Positions 39,151 through 51,851 of a stretch of 64,000 bases of DNA are shown here, in pieces. A program made the position numbers and the translations under genes. The DNA lies in NCBI RefSeq assembly GCF_963921235.1, contig NC_086097.1, forward strand, positions 215,142,001 through 215,206,000, read 5' to 3'. The stretch is from Mobula hypostoma. Taxonomy: Eukaryota. Below the pieces are notes generated by a model. That model searched no databases. It saw only the letters and a list, made by a program, of their open reading frames with translations, and was not told where the DNA came from. Every line of letters begins with the position of its first letter. Position 1 is the stretch's first letter.

Positions 39151-39494
39151 ATCCAGTTGCACTGCTATGTTTTCTCAGTTGTGTGAAGAGTTGGTTTTTA
39201 AATTTGGCCCTTTGGTCATGGTGTATTTGTGATGGGAACCCAAACTTCAGGGCAAAGTCATCGAAAAGATGGTCAGCAACAGTTTTTCCCGACTTCGAGG
39301 TTATGGTGTATACCTGACCAAATGGTGTAAAATGGTCAACCATCACCAGAATGTATTTGTATCCATCCTTGCACTGGTATAGCGAAGAAAGTCAACTGAC
39401 ACATGTGCAAATAGTTGCATTGTCACAATGCTCTTGAGTGGTGCCATTGTTTCCCAACATGGCTTCTTTTGCTTGAGACAGGTACAGACTCTTA

Positions 39495-40236
39495 TAGAAT
39501 AGTACAGCACAGTACAGACCCTTCGGCCCACAATGTTGTGTCGACCCTCAAACCCTGCATCCCATATAACCCCCCACCATAAATTCCTCCATATACCTGT
39601 CTAGTCATCTCTTAAACTTCACTAGTGTATCTGCCTCCACCACTGACTCAGGCAGTGCATTCCATACACCAACCACTCTCTGAGTAAAAAACCTTCCTCT
39701 AATATCCCCCTTGAACTTCCCACCCCTTATCTTAAAGCCACGTCCTCTTGTATTGAGCAGTGGTGCCCTGGGGAAGAGGCGCTGGCTATCCACTCTATCT
39801 ATTGGACACAGTACACCAAGTGTGGCCTAACCAGAGTTTTATAGAGCGGCATCATTACATCGCGACTCTTAAACTCTATCCCTCGACTTCTGAAAGCTAA
39901 CACCCCATAAGCTTTCTTAACTACCCTATCCACCTGTGAGGCAATTTTCAGGGATCTATGGACATGTACCCCGAGATCTCTCTGCTCCTCCACACTACCA
40001 AGTATCCTGCCATTTACTTTGTACTCTGCCTTGGAGTTTATCCTTCCAAAGTGTACCACCTCACACTGCTCCAGGTTGAACTCCATCTGCCACTGCTCAG
40101 CCCATTTCTGCATCCTATCAATGTCTCTCTTCAATCTTCGACAATCCTCTACACTATCTACAACACCACCAACCTTTGTGGCATCTGCAATCTTGCCAAA
40201 CTACCCTTCTACCCCCACATCCAGGTCATTAACAAA
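39495..40236 (-). mobile_element. CR1 fragment with internal deletion
   Basis: ORFs 39605-39793 and 39799-40134 match the CR1 RT C-terminus. Confidence 0.85.
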
Positions 40237-40317
40237 ATGGTGCTCAAAGTCCCTCTGCATGTGAGGCCAGAAAACTCACTCTCTTACCAGAGCTGTTGTG
40301 CTATCAATGCGATCAAA

Positions 40318-41223
40318 TCAGTGAGGAAGGTTTTCAGAGCCTGAAGAGAGAGTTGGACCGGCTGGAAAAATGGGCGGAAAAATGGCAGATGGAGTTTAAT
40401 ACTGACAAGTGTGAGGTATTGCACATTGGAAGGACAAACCAACGTAGAACATACAGGGTTAATGGTAAGGCACTGAGGAGTGCAGTGGAACAGAGGGACC
40501 TGGGAATACAGATACAAAATTCCCTAAAAGTGTCGTCACAGGTAGATCGGGTTGTAAAGAGAGCTTTTGGTACATTGGCCTTTATTAATCGAAGTATTGA
40601 GTATAAGAGCTGGAATGTTATGATGAGGTTGTATAAAGCATTGGTGAGGCCGAATCTGGAGTATTGTGTTCAGTTTTGGTCACCAAATTCACCAAATTAC
40701 AGGAAGGATATAAATAAGGTTGAAAGAGTGCAGAGAAGGTTTACAAGGATGTTGCTGGGACTTGAGAAACTCAGTTACTGAGAAAGGTTGAATAGGTTAG
40801 GACTTTATTCTCTGGAGCGTAGAAGAATGAGGGGAGATTTGATAGAGGTATATAAAATTATGATGGGTATAGATAGAGTGAATGCAAGCAGGCTTTTTCC
40901 ACTGAGGCAAGGGGAGAAAAAAAACCAGAGGACATGGGTTAAGGGTGAGGGGGGAAAAGTTTAAAGGGAACATTAGTGGGGGCTTCTTCACACAGAGAGT
41001 GGTGGGAGTATGGAATGAGCTGCCAGACGAGGTGGTAAATGCGGGTTCTTTTTTAACATTTAAGAATAACTTGGACAGATACATGGATGGGAGGTGTATG
41101 GAGGGATATGGTCCGTGTGCAGGTCAGTGAGACTAGGCAGAAAATCGTTCGGCACAGCCAAGAAGGGCCAAAGGGCCTGTTTCTGTGCTGTAGTTTCTAT
41201 GGTTCTATGGTTCTATGGTTCTA
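40318..41223 (+). mobile_element. CR1 3' fragment
   Basis: WAEKWQMEFNTDKC...FWSPNSPNY; (TTCTATGG)n tail. Confidence 0.9.
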
Positions 41224-42104
41224 ATGCCTTGGTGCCCCATTTTATCATGTAGCTCTCTCAGGACTGCACATTGGAACTTCTCAGGTAGCACCAGTTGTGT
41301 TCGTTGGGTAGTCTTCCAATGAAGGATGCCATCCTCATCCAACACTCATTTATCCCGTTCTCGCAGAAAGCACCTGGCTCGCTTATTTATTAAAAAGTAG
41401 TCTTCGAACATGAGCATACAAAGTCAATTACCATTTTGATATCTCCATCCTCTTCCTGTCTTGCTGGAACTGTCTTCCGGACAGTGGTGGAACTGACGTG
41501 ATCACCAAATTGACTTCTACTGCATCTAACTGTACAGTCACTGCCATGGACCAGGGTATGTTTGCACTTTGCTGCACTTCAATGTCCTGGACTGTGGCTC
41601 CCACTGAATTGGATCACATTTCTCTGCACTCCCACTCTCAGGCATTTCCATGGTTACCAGTATTAGAGACAAAGAGTCAGCATCAACATTTTCTTTTCCC
41701 AGGTGATAACAGATAATGAAGTAGAAATCGGAAAGTTCCCCAACCAATCCATATCCAGTTGCATCCAACTTTACTGAAGACAGAACATACGTGAGGGGCT
41801 AGTTGTCACTGTAAACTGCGAATGTTGGGGGATAGTACACACAATCCCTAAAAATTTTCAGCAACTGCCCACTTCAAGATAAGGGATTCCAATTTCCCAC
41901 TGTGTAGGTGGTAGTTTTTTCTGCATTCACCAATGTTCGTGAACCATGGGCTATGACTCTCAGTTTGCCATCTTGCTTTTGATACAGGACTGCTTCCAGC
42001 CCCTGAATGGAGGCAACAAGTGGAGAACGAATGGTTGTACAGAGTCTGGGAATCCCAGCACAGGTGGCTCTACTAGGCAGTCAATCAACTTCTCCAAAGT
42101 TTCT

Positions 42105-42345
42105 TAATTCAGAATTAGGTTTAATACCGGCATGTGTTGTGAAATTTGTTAACTTAATAGCAGCTGTACAATGCAATACATGATAATATAGGAAAAATAT
42201 ATATAAACAAATCAAATAAATAAATATAAATAAGTAAGTGTATATACATGTATTAAATAGTTAAATTAAAAATAGTGCAGAAACAGAAATAATAAAAGTG
42301 GGGTAGTGTTCACAGGTTCAATTTCCATTTAGAAATTGGATGGTA
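42105..42345 (-). mobile_element. Rex-like LINE 3' tail
   Basis: Matches the 3' UTR at 58377-58548. Confidence 0.65.
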
Positions 42346-43688
42346 GATCTTGAAGATGTCTTGGATACTTGGATGCATCTCTGTCCAAGTGATTGGTTTT
42401 CAAGAAGGCACACAGTTCCTCTTCTTATTTGTCTTTCTGATGCTACCGCTACTAAGCTGATTTTGGTCACTATCATCTCTGCTTTTTACCAGATCATGGG
42501 GGGGGGGGGGGCGCGGGTTCACAATTCTAGAGAAATTTTTAATGTACTGCCGATAGTACCTTAATAGACCCAGAACCTTCCTCAGCTCTCCCACTGTGCC
42601 TGGCCCCTTCTCTTCCAGTGCTGTTACTGCCACTGTGCCAGCAGGATCCATCCAATTTTCCTCTGCTGAAAGTTCTCCCCAGGTAGCAAACCTTAGCCTG
42701 AAAGAACTCACACGTGCTGGGTTTAAGATTCACTCCATGTGCCTGCATTTGCCGTAGCACTCCTCTCATCGCATCAACATGCTCATCGAAGGTCTTAGTG
42801 AACACCAGCGTGTCATCCAGGTATGGTACACAGACTTTTTCTCTTAATCCCTCAAGGCACTCCTCCATGAAACATTGGTGGGTTCATTCATGAGTCCTAA
42901 GGGAATTCGAACCTAATCATATGAAGGCTGTTAGTGGCCTGCCTTCCTTCATCTTGAATCCTTGGTAGTATGCTTTCCCCTGGTCAAGTAACAAGAACTA
43001 AGCACTACTCCTTAAGCTGTCCATAATGTCTTGTACTCATGGAATGAGCTGGTGGTCAGGAATACTTTTCCTGTTTAGGTCCCTACAGTCAATCTTTCTT
43101 TCTGACTCACACGATTGGCGAGGTGTAAGGCAAGTTAAATTTCTCGATCCACCCTTGGACGATTAAGTCATGCAAGTATTTCTTCACTTCTTTGTAGAGG
43201 GGTTTTGGAACTGAAATATAAGAGTGGGTAACTGGTTCATCATCTTTGAGAGAGATGCTCAGCTGCAATCCTTTGATACATTCGATGTCATTGTCTGATT
43301 TTGAAAAAGAGTGACATTCTTCTCGTAGCATCTGCTTCATGATCTGCTGCTGTTCTATATTTAGGTGGCTCACATCGACTGAAAGATCTGATAAATTAGA
43401 GTCGAGTTCACTCATATCATCCTCTATTTGGTGCTGAGTGGTTGGGTCGCATACGACACCTTCTTGCACAGTGACAGGGAACATGGACGTAACTGGTTTT
43501 AACATCCCGAGCACCGTCTTCTCAGCAAGTACGATGTCATGGTCTGTTCTGTTGTGCACATCAATAGCAATGTATGGACATGCACCCCTCTGGAGTGTTA
43601 TGAGTGTTCCACACAGTTCAAGGCCTTCTGCCTACTGTGGTTTCACTTCTCAAAGAGTATGATTTTGTCTTCCCTCACAAATGAACAT

Positions 43689-45122
43689 CAGTAGTGGCAC
43701 CAGAGATTTTTTCTTGCTGGTGCTATAGTAGGGCTGAATTATTCAGTGATGGTGCTGAGGGGGTACCCTATGGTAATATGTATTCGCAAGGCCAGACGCG
43801 TGGAATTCAGAAGACAGTTTCAGGCATTATGTGCCTACTATAAATGCCTCTGTTGATTCACAAGCAACGGCAATTGATAAATATAATATAGAAGTGAACT
43901 GTGACAGTGTCAACAGCATTGGAGATGACCTGGGCTACACAGAGCATAAACAAGCAAACCAACAGAGCACCAATCCCGCAATCAGCGTCAAATGCCTGCT
44001 TTTCAACTGAAAAACACAACACTAACTCACAATGGCCACTGCTATTCGCATGACATAGACAGAAAATGCCAAAAGATACACCGTTATTAAAGTCAAAAAA
44101 GGCAAACAACAGATGCAAGGCTTTACCAGGAGTTGGACATATCGTACTCTGACCATGCAATACCTCAATTAATTCGGATACTGAATTTAAAACAAAAATC
44201 AACAGAATCACCGCTTGGAAGCCTAAAGCAAAACCAATGGGCTTAATAGCAGTAAATGTAATAGTTTAGGATTTGCAGGAAACATAAGGACTTGAGGCAG
44301 AAGTCACAGGTAGAGTCAGTGATATGCAGATTAGTTTGTATAAATCTATAAATGTATTGCGGTAGGGTCTCATTGGAGCTAGAAATTCCACTGTGTCATT
44401 CACTGTCTGTCCTTTCTAGAGACTCAACCACTGCTCTCATATACTCACGCTTTTCTTGGACAATCTTTGCATGTCCTTTGTCAAGCATATTTCCCAATCT
44501 TGAACCATCTTGTTTTCTCAATCTGAATTCGGCCCATGCCTCCATAGCAAACTTATGAGCTGCACTTACATGGTGGATTTTGAAAGCTGTTGTAGCTTTC
44601 CGCCAGTTGTGGTAACCAGCAACAGTGAAGGTAGACTCAGAATGGAACCCATGTCCTCCACATATAAATGCCTGCATGCGAAGCAGAACGTAGTATCTTT
44701 CGTGATCGAATATTCCAGTCAGTCAAACCAGCCACGAATAAAATTCCTTTGCTGATTGCCGAACTGTTGCAAGCAGTGAAGGGTACTTTCTCAATGCTGG
44801 CCGACAGGTTCCTTCCTCAGGCTGCTGGCTAACATTACTGACAGTATTCCCACCAGTACTAAGAGCAGCTTCATCCACGCACTCTTCCGAATCCTGCTCC
44901 ATTTCTTGTTCCTCTACTTCACCCTCACACTCCTTCGATGAACTGCTGTCGTCCTCAGCCCCACTTACTTCTTTCTGCATGTCACTTTCAATTAAGACAG
45001 GCTCAGGCTGAGACACCACTGATTCCTCTGGATGAGGTCGTTTTCTCACTAAAAATCGATCAATTTTTCACGCTGCCAAAATAATGCACATACCAGGCCC
45101 ACGCTAGCTTGTAAAAGCACAC

Positions 45123-45161
<39 letters not shown>

Positions 45162-45545
45162 CATCTGTCAGTCTCGCGAGACCATGGATCTGCACCTGGA
45201 TGTATACTATCAATCTGTCGCGCGAGTGACATCACCACCTTAAATGATCTTAGATCAGCTTAACTGATCTGAGGACAGCAATGGCAAGACATTGACAACG
45301 AACGAGGTCAATGGATCTGACAGAGTTTGTAACATTATTGCTGCGTGGGTGCTATGGTAATTGGGGGCACTGTTTCACTAGATCAACTGGAGAAACAAGC
45401 TGTATTCAAAACTATACGGAGAAAGCAAAGCAGCTGCAATTTGTATGTGAAATTTCAGTTAATTTCTTGGTGGTGCTATGCTGGTGCTATTGCAGTTTCT
45501 GCTGGGGCTATAGCACCAGCGAGCACCACCTTAGTGCCACCCCTG
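43689..45545 (-). mobile_element. Non-autonomous hAT DNA transposon with ZMYM1-like transposase N-terminal remnant
   Basis: TIRs CAGTAGTGGCAC and GTGCCACCCCTG; 8-bp TSD ATGAACAT/ATGGACAT; WLEYS...FCFAC and FTVAGYHNWRKA...HHVSAAHK (TTF-type zinc finger). Confidence 0.85.
45126..45199 (-). repeat. (TG)n microsatellite, probably the tail of a short LINE 3' end
   Basis: TG run 45126-45160 abutting gcatctgtcagtctcgcgagaccatggatctgcacctgg. Confidence 0.6.
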
Positions 45546-46190
45546 ATGGACATAGCATTGAACTTGCTTTGTTGTGTGTTTTTGGTATGTTAACTCTCTC
45601 CTTTGTTACCTTTATTCAATACTCACTCAATTCTCAATGCTAATCAGATTGATTAATGCCTTGATTTTGCTTCTCTTAAGGCAAGGGAATGCAGCTCTTA
45701 TTGTTTCATATAAAGGTCTTCCCTTCTTGTCTTTAAGACTTCTTTTGTCACTTTCCTTTATAACCTGTTCAATCATGTTGAATCCAGTGATGGGATGAGA
45801 TAGGGGTTTGCCTTTCAGAAGCAGAACCAGTACGATCAATTCTTTCGCACCAGGTGAAGCCAACTTGAAAGTGACCTCAACCCACCCTACATATGGGGTT
45901 ATTGCACCATTAGCTGCCACCAGCTGTATTGCCTTGGGTGTCTCTACTGCTTCTGAACCGTCCCTTGGTTTAACTCCAGGTAAGTGCCTAGTTTTCCATT
46001 GCTCATCTGTGAACCTGTGTCCCATATTGCTTCCCTGTAAGTATCATTCCACAAGGCATGGTCTGCCCACCAGTGAAGTTACAGACGAACATTGGCTGAC
46101 TTGGACTGAGCAACTAAAACACTGGTGGATGGCTGTCCCTTGTTATCTGTCTTGATCCTACACCTATTCCAGTGCTTGGTCTGAGCAGTA

Positions 46191-49100
46191 ATAGAAACAT
46201 AGAAACATAGAAACATAGAAAATAGGTGCAGGAGTAGGCCATTCGGCCCTTCGAGCCTGCACCGCCATTTATTATGATCATGGCTGATCATCCAACTCAG
46301 AACCCAGCCTTCCCTCCATACCCCCTGACCCCTGTAGCCACAAGGGCCATATCTAACTTCCTTTTAAACATAGCTAATGAACTGGCCTCAACAGTTTGCT
46401 GTGGCAGAGAATTCCACAGATTCACCACTCTCTGTGTGAAGAAGTTTTTCCTAACCTCGGTCCTAAAAGGCTTCCCCTCTATCCTCAAACTGTGACCCCT
46501 CGTTCTAGACCTCCCCAACATCGGGAACAATCTTCCCGCATCTAGCCTGTCCAATCCCTTTAGGATCTTATACGTTTCAATCAGATCCCCCCTCAATCTT
46601 CTAAATTCCAACGAGTACAAGCCCAGTTCATCCAGTCTTTCTTCATATGAAAGACCTGCCATCCCAGGAATCAATCTGGTGAACCTTCTTTGTACTCCCT
46701 CTATGGCAAAGATGTCTTTCCTCAGATTAGGGGACCAAAACTGCACACAATACTCCAGGTGTGGTCTCACCAAGGCCTTGTACAACTGCAGTAGTACCTC
46801 CCTGCTCCTGTACTCGAATCCTCTCGCTATAAATGCCAGCATACCGTTCGCCTTTTTCACCGCCTGCTGTACCTGCATGCCCACTTTCAATGACTGGTGT
46901 ATAATGACACCCAGGTCTCGTTGCACCTCCCCTTTTCCTAATCGGCCACCATTCAGATAATAATCTGTTTTCCTATTTTTGCCACCAAAGTGGATAACTT
47001 CACATTTATCCACATTAAATTGCATCTGCCATGAGTTTGCCCACTCACCCAACCTATCCAAGTCACCCTGCATCCTCTTAGCATCCTCCTCACTGCTAAC
47101 ACTGCCACCCAGCTTCGTGTCATCCGCAAACTTGGAGATGCTGCATTTAATTCCCTCATCCAAGTCATTAATATATATTGTAAACAACTGGGGTCCCAGC
47201 ACTGAGCCTTGCGGTACCCCACTAGTCACCGCCTGCCATTCTGAAAAGGTCCCGTTTATTCCCACTCTTTGCTTCCTGTCTGCTAACCAATTCTCCACCC
47301 ACACCAATACCTTACCCCCAATACCGTGTGCTTTAAGTTTGCACACTAATCTCCTATGTGGGACCTTGTCAAAAGCCTTTTGAAAATCCAAATATACCAC
47401 ATCCACTGGTTCTCCCCTATCCACTCTACTAGTTACATCCTCAAAAAATTCTATGAGATTCGTCAGACATGATTTTCCTTTCACAAATCCATGCTGACTT
47501 TGTCCGATCATTTCACCGCTTTCCAAATGTGCTGTTATCACATCCTTGATAACTGACTCCAGCAGTTTCCCCACCACCGACGTTAGGCTAACCGGCCTAT
47601 AATTCCCCGGTTTCTCTCTCCCTCCTTTTTTAAAAAGTGGGGTTACATTAGCCACCCTCCAATCCTCAGGAACTAGTCCAGAATCTAACGAGTTTTGAAA
47701 AATTATCACTAATGCATCCACTATTTCTTGGGCCACTTCCTTAAGCACTCTGGGATGCAGACCATCTGGCCCTGGGGATTTATCTGCCTTCAATCCCTTC
47801 AATTTACCTAACACCACTTCCCTACTAACATGTATTTCGCTCAGTTCCTCCATCTCACTGGACCCTCTGTCCCTTACTATTTCTGGAAGATTATTTATGT
47901 CCTCCTTAGTGAAGACAGAACCAAAGTAATTATTCAATTGGTCTGCCATGTCCTTGCTCCCCATAATCAATTCACCTGTTTCTGTTTGCAGGGGACCTAC
48001 ATTTGTCTTTATCAGTCTTTTCCTTTTTACATATCTATAAAAGCTTTTACAGTCCGTTTTTATGTTCTCTGCCAGTTTTCTCTCATAATCTTTTTTCCCC
48101 TTCCTAATTAAGCCCTTTGTCCTCCTCTGCTGAACTCTGAATTTCTCCCAGTCCTCAGGTGAGCCACTTTCTCTGGCTAATTTGTATGCTACTTCTTTGG
48201 AATTGATACTATCCCTAATTTCTCTTGTCAGCCACGGGTGCACTACCTTCCTTGATTTATTCTTTTGCCAAACTGGGATGAACAATTGTTGTAGTTCATC
48301 CATGCAACCTTTAAATGCCTGCCATTGCATATCCACCGTCAATCCTTGAAGTGTCATTTGCCAGTCTATCTTAGCTAATTCATGTCTCATACCTTCAAAG
48401 TTACCCCTCTTTAAGTTCAGAACCTTTGTTTCTGAATTAACTACGTCACTCTCCATGTTAATGAAGAATTCCACCATATTATGGTCACTCTTACCCAAGG
48501 GGCCTCTCACGACAAGATCGCTAATTAACCCTTCCTCATTGCTCAAAACCCAGTCCAGAATAGCCTGCTCTCTAGTCGGTTCCTCGACATGTTGGTTCAA
48601 AAAACCATCCCGCATACATTCCAAGAAATCCTCTTCCTCAGCACCTTTACCAATTTGGTTCACCCAGTCTACATGTAGATTGAAGTCACCCATTATAACT
48701 GCTGTTCCTTTATTGCACACATTTCTAATTTCCTGTTTAATACCATCTCCGACCTCACTACTACTGTTAGGTGGCCTGTACACAACTCCCACCAGCGTCT
48801 TCTGCCCCTTAGTGTTACGCAGCTCTACCCATATCGATTCCACATCTTCCCGGCTTATGTCCTTCCTTTCTATTGCGTTAATCTCTTTTTTAACCAGCAA
48901 CGTCACCCCACCTCCCCTTCCTTCGTGTCTATCCCTCCTGAATATTGAATATCCCCGAACGTTGAGCTCCCATCCCTGGTCACCCTGGAGCCATGTCTCT
49001 GTGATCCCAACTATATCATAATCATTAATAACAATCTGCACTTTCAATTCATCCACCTTATTACGAATGCTCCTTGCATTGACACATAAAGCCTTCAGGC

Positions 49101-49262
49101 GCTCTTTTACAACTCTCTTAGCCCTTTTTAATGCTTGCCCTGGATTTGTCGGCCTGCCACTTTTACTTTTCCCCTTTGTACTTTTTGCTTCTACGCTCAC
49201 TTTACACCCCTCTGTCTCTCTGCACTGGTTCCCATCCCTCTGTTGTGAACTAACCTCCTCAC
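46191..49262 (-). mobile_element. Young CR1 LINE lacking ORF1
   Basis: (TTTCTATG)n tail at 46191-46221; truncated ~60 bp upstream of ORF2. Confidence 0.93.
46297..49200 (-). CDS. CR1 ORF2 (AP endonuclease plus reverse transcriptase), uninterrupted 967 codons
   Basis: CVNARS, ITETW, YRPP, GDFN, SDH (APE); NYRPVSLTS, PQGSVLGP, FADD (RT); start codon is GTG. Confidence 0.9.
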   Translation of the reverse strand: MSVEAKSTKGKSKSGRPTNPGQALKRAKRVVKERLKALCVNARSIRNKVDELKVQIVINDYDIVGITETWLQGDQGWELNVRGYSIFRRDRHEGRGGGVTLLVKKEINAIERKDISREDVESIWVELRNTKGQKTLVGVVYRPPNSSSEVGDGIKQEIRNVCNKGTAVIMGDFNLHVDWVNQIGKGAEEEDFLECMRDGFLNQHVEEPTREQAILDWVLSNEEGLISDLVVRGPLGKSDHNMVEFFINMESDVVNSETKVLNLKRGNFEGMRHELAKIDWQMTLQGLTVDMQWQAFKGCMDELQQLFIPVWQKNKSRKVVHPWLTREIRDSINSKEVAYKLARESGSPEDWEKFRVQQRRTKGLIRKGKKDYERKLAENIKTDCKSFYRYVKRKRLIKTNVGPLQTETGELIMGSKDMADQLNNYFGSVFTKEDINNLPEIVRDRGSSEMEELSEIHVSREVVLGKLKGLKADKSPGPDGLHPRVLKEVAQEIVDALVIIFQNSLDSGLVPEDWRVANVTPLFKKGGREKPGNYRPVSLTSVVGKLLESVIKDVITAHLESGEMIGQSQHGFVKGKSCLTNLIEFFEDVTSRVDRGEPVDVVYLDFQKAFDKVPHRRLVCKLKAHGIGGKVLVWVENWLADRKQRVGINGTFSEWQAVTSGVPQGSVLGPQLFTIYINDLDEGIKCSISKFADDTKLGGSVSSEEDAKRMQGDLDRLGEWANSWQMQFNVDKCEVIHFGGKNRKTDYYLNGGRLGKGEVQRDLGVIIHQSLKVGMQVQQAVKKANGMLAFIARGFEYRSREVLLQLYKALVRPHLEYCVQFWSPNLRKDIFAIEGVQRRFTRLIPGMAGLSYEERLDELGLYSLEFRRLRGDLIETYKILKGLDRLDAGRLFPMLGRSRTRGHSLRIEGKPFRTEVRKNFFTQRVVNLWNSLPQQTVEASSLAMFKRKLDMALVATGVRGYGGKAGF

Positions 49263-49387
49263 ACCTAATGAGAGACTTTATATCTGGGGTACCTTGTATT
49301 TACACCCACTACCACAGCTGGCACTTTGGTGGATCACTTACGTAATACTGGTTACTTCCTATCCCGCGGAAGCATCTCATCTTGGTT

Positions 49388-51851
49388 AAGAAATATAGAA
49401 ACATAGAAAACCTACAGTACAATACAGCACCTTCAGCCCACAAAGCTGTGCCGAACATGTACTTACTTTAGAAATTACCTAGGGTTACCCATAGCCCTCT
49501 ATTTTGCTAAGCTCCATGTACCTATCCAAAAGTCTCTTAAAAGACCCTATCATATCTGCCTCCACCACCGTCGCTGGCAGTGCATTCCACGCACCCACCA
49601 ATCTCTGCGTAAAAAACTTACCCCTGACATCTCCTCTGTGCTTACTTCCAAGTAACTTAAAACTGTGCCCTCTTGTGTTAGCCATTTCAGCCCTGGGAAA
49701 AAGCCTCTGACTACTCGTACGATCAATGCCTCTCGTCATCTTATACACCTCTCATCAGGTCACCTCTCATCCTCCGCCACTTCAAGGAGAAAAGGCCAAG
49801 TTCAGTCAACCTATTCTCATAAGGCATGCTCCCCAATCCAGGCAACATCCTTGTAACTCTCCTCTGCACCCTTTCTATAGTTTCCACATCCTTCCTGTAG
49901 TGAAGTGACCAGAACTGAGCACAGTACTCCATGTGGGGTCTGACCACGGTCCTATAAAGTTGTAATATTACCTCTCGGTTCTTAAACTCAATCCCACGGT
50001 TGATGAAGGCCAATACACCGTATGCCTTCTTAACCACAGAGCCAACCTGCACGGCAGCTATGGACTCAGAGCCCAAGATCCCTCTGATCCTCCACACTGC
50101 CAACAGTCTTACCATTAATACTATATTCTGCTATCATATTTGACCTACCAAAATGAACCACTTCACACTTATCTGGGTTGAACTCCATCTCCCACTTGTC
50201 AGCCAAGTTTTGCAGTCTATAGATGTCCCGCTGTAACCTCTGACACTTTCTTGAATAAGGGAACAACATCTGCAACCCTCCAATCCTCCGGAACCTCTCC
50301 TGTCCCCATTGATGATGCAAAGATCATTGCCAGTGGCTCAGCAATTTCCTCCTTCACCTCCCATGGTAGCCTGTGGTACATCTCGTCTGGTCCCAGAGAC
50401 TTATCCAACTTGGTGCTTTCCAAAAGCTCCAGCACATTCTCTTTCTTAATGTCTATATGCTGAAGTTTTTCAATCCACCGTAAGTCATCTCTACAATCAC
50501 CAAGATCTTTTTCCGTAGTGAATACTGAAGCAAAGTATTCATTAAGTACCTCTGCTACCTTCTCTGGTTCCATACACACTTTCCCACTGTTACACTTGAT
50601 TGATCCTATTCTCTCATATCTTATCCTCTTGCTCTTCACATACTTGTAGAATTCCTTGGAGTTTTCTTTAATCCTGCTCGCCAAGGCTTTCTCGTGGCCC
50701 CTTCTGGCTCTCCTAATTTTATTATTAAGCTCCTTCCTGCTAGCCTTATAACCTTCTAGATCTCTATCATTACCTAGTTTTTTGAACCTCTAGTAAGCTT
50801 TTATTTTCTTCTTGACTAGATTTTCAACAGCCTTTGTACACCACAGTTCCTGTACTCTACCATCCTTTCTCTGTCTCATTGGATTGTACCTATGCAGAAT
50901 GCCACTCAAATATCCCCCGAACATTTGCCACATTTCTGCCGTACATTTCCCTGAGAACATCTGTTCCCAATTTATGCTTCCAAGTTGCTGCCTGATAACT
51001 TCATATTTCCCCTTACTCCAATTAAATGCCTTTCTAACTTGTCAGTTCCTATCCCTCTCCAATGCTATGGTAAAGGACGCAAACACGAGGAAATCTGCAG
51101 ATGCTGGAAATTCAAGCAACACACATAAAAAATGCTGGTGAACGCAGCAGGCCAGGCAGCACCTATAGGAAGAGGTACAGTCGATGTTTTGGGCCGAGAC
51201 CCTTCATCACGTGTGTGTTGCTATGGTAAAGGAGATAGAATTGTGATCACTATCTCCAAAATGCTCTCCCACTGAGAGACCTGACACCTGACCAGGTTCA
51301 TTTCCCAATACCAGATCAAGTACAGCCTCTCCTCTTGTAGGCTTATTTACATTTTGTGTCAAGAAACCTTCCTGAACAACCTAACAAACTCCACCCCATC
51401 TAAACCCCTTGCCCTAGGGAGATGCCAATAAATATGTGGGAAATTAAAATCTCCCACCACGACAACCCTATTATTGTTACACTCTTACAGAATCTGTATC
51501 CCTATCTGCTTCCCGATGTCCCTGTTACTATTGGGTGGTCTATAAAAAACACCCAATACAGTTATTGACCCCTTCCTGTTCCTAACCTCCACCGACAGAG
51601 ACTTCGTAGACAGTCCCTCCATGTCTTCCTCCTTTTCTGCAGCCGTGACACTATCTCTGATCAGCAGTGCCACACCCCCACCTCTTCTGCCTCCCTCCCT
51701 GTCCTTTCTGAAACATCTAATGCCTGGCACTTGCCCCTGAGCCATCCAAGTCTCTGTAATGGCTACAACATCATAGCTCAAGTACTGATCCACGCTCTAA
51801 GCTCATCCGCTTTGTTCATGATGCTTCTTACATTAAAATAGACACATCTCA
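49388..51851 (-). mobile_element. CR1 LINE, disrupted and internally deleted, with a PLE pLTR insert at 51078-51218
   Basis: APE (ITETW, YRPP) and RT pieces; PLE insert flanked by TGCTATGGTAAAGGA (51063-51077, 51219-51233). Confidence 0.88.

Noticed and set aside
46679..49021. Plus-strand ORFs of 90-190 aa
   Set aside because: Antisense shadows of CR1 ORF2 with no recognisable motifs.
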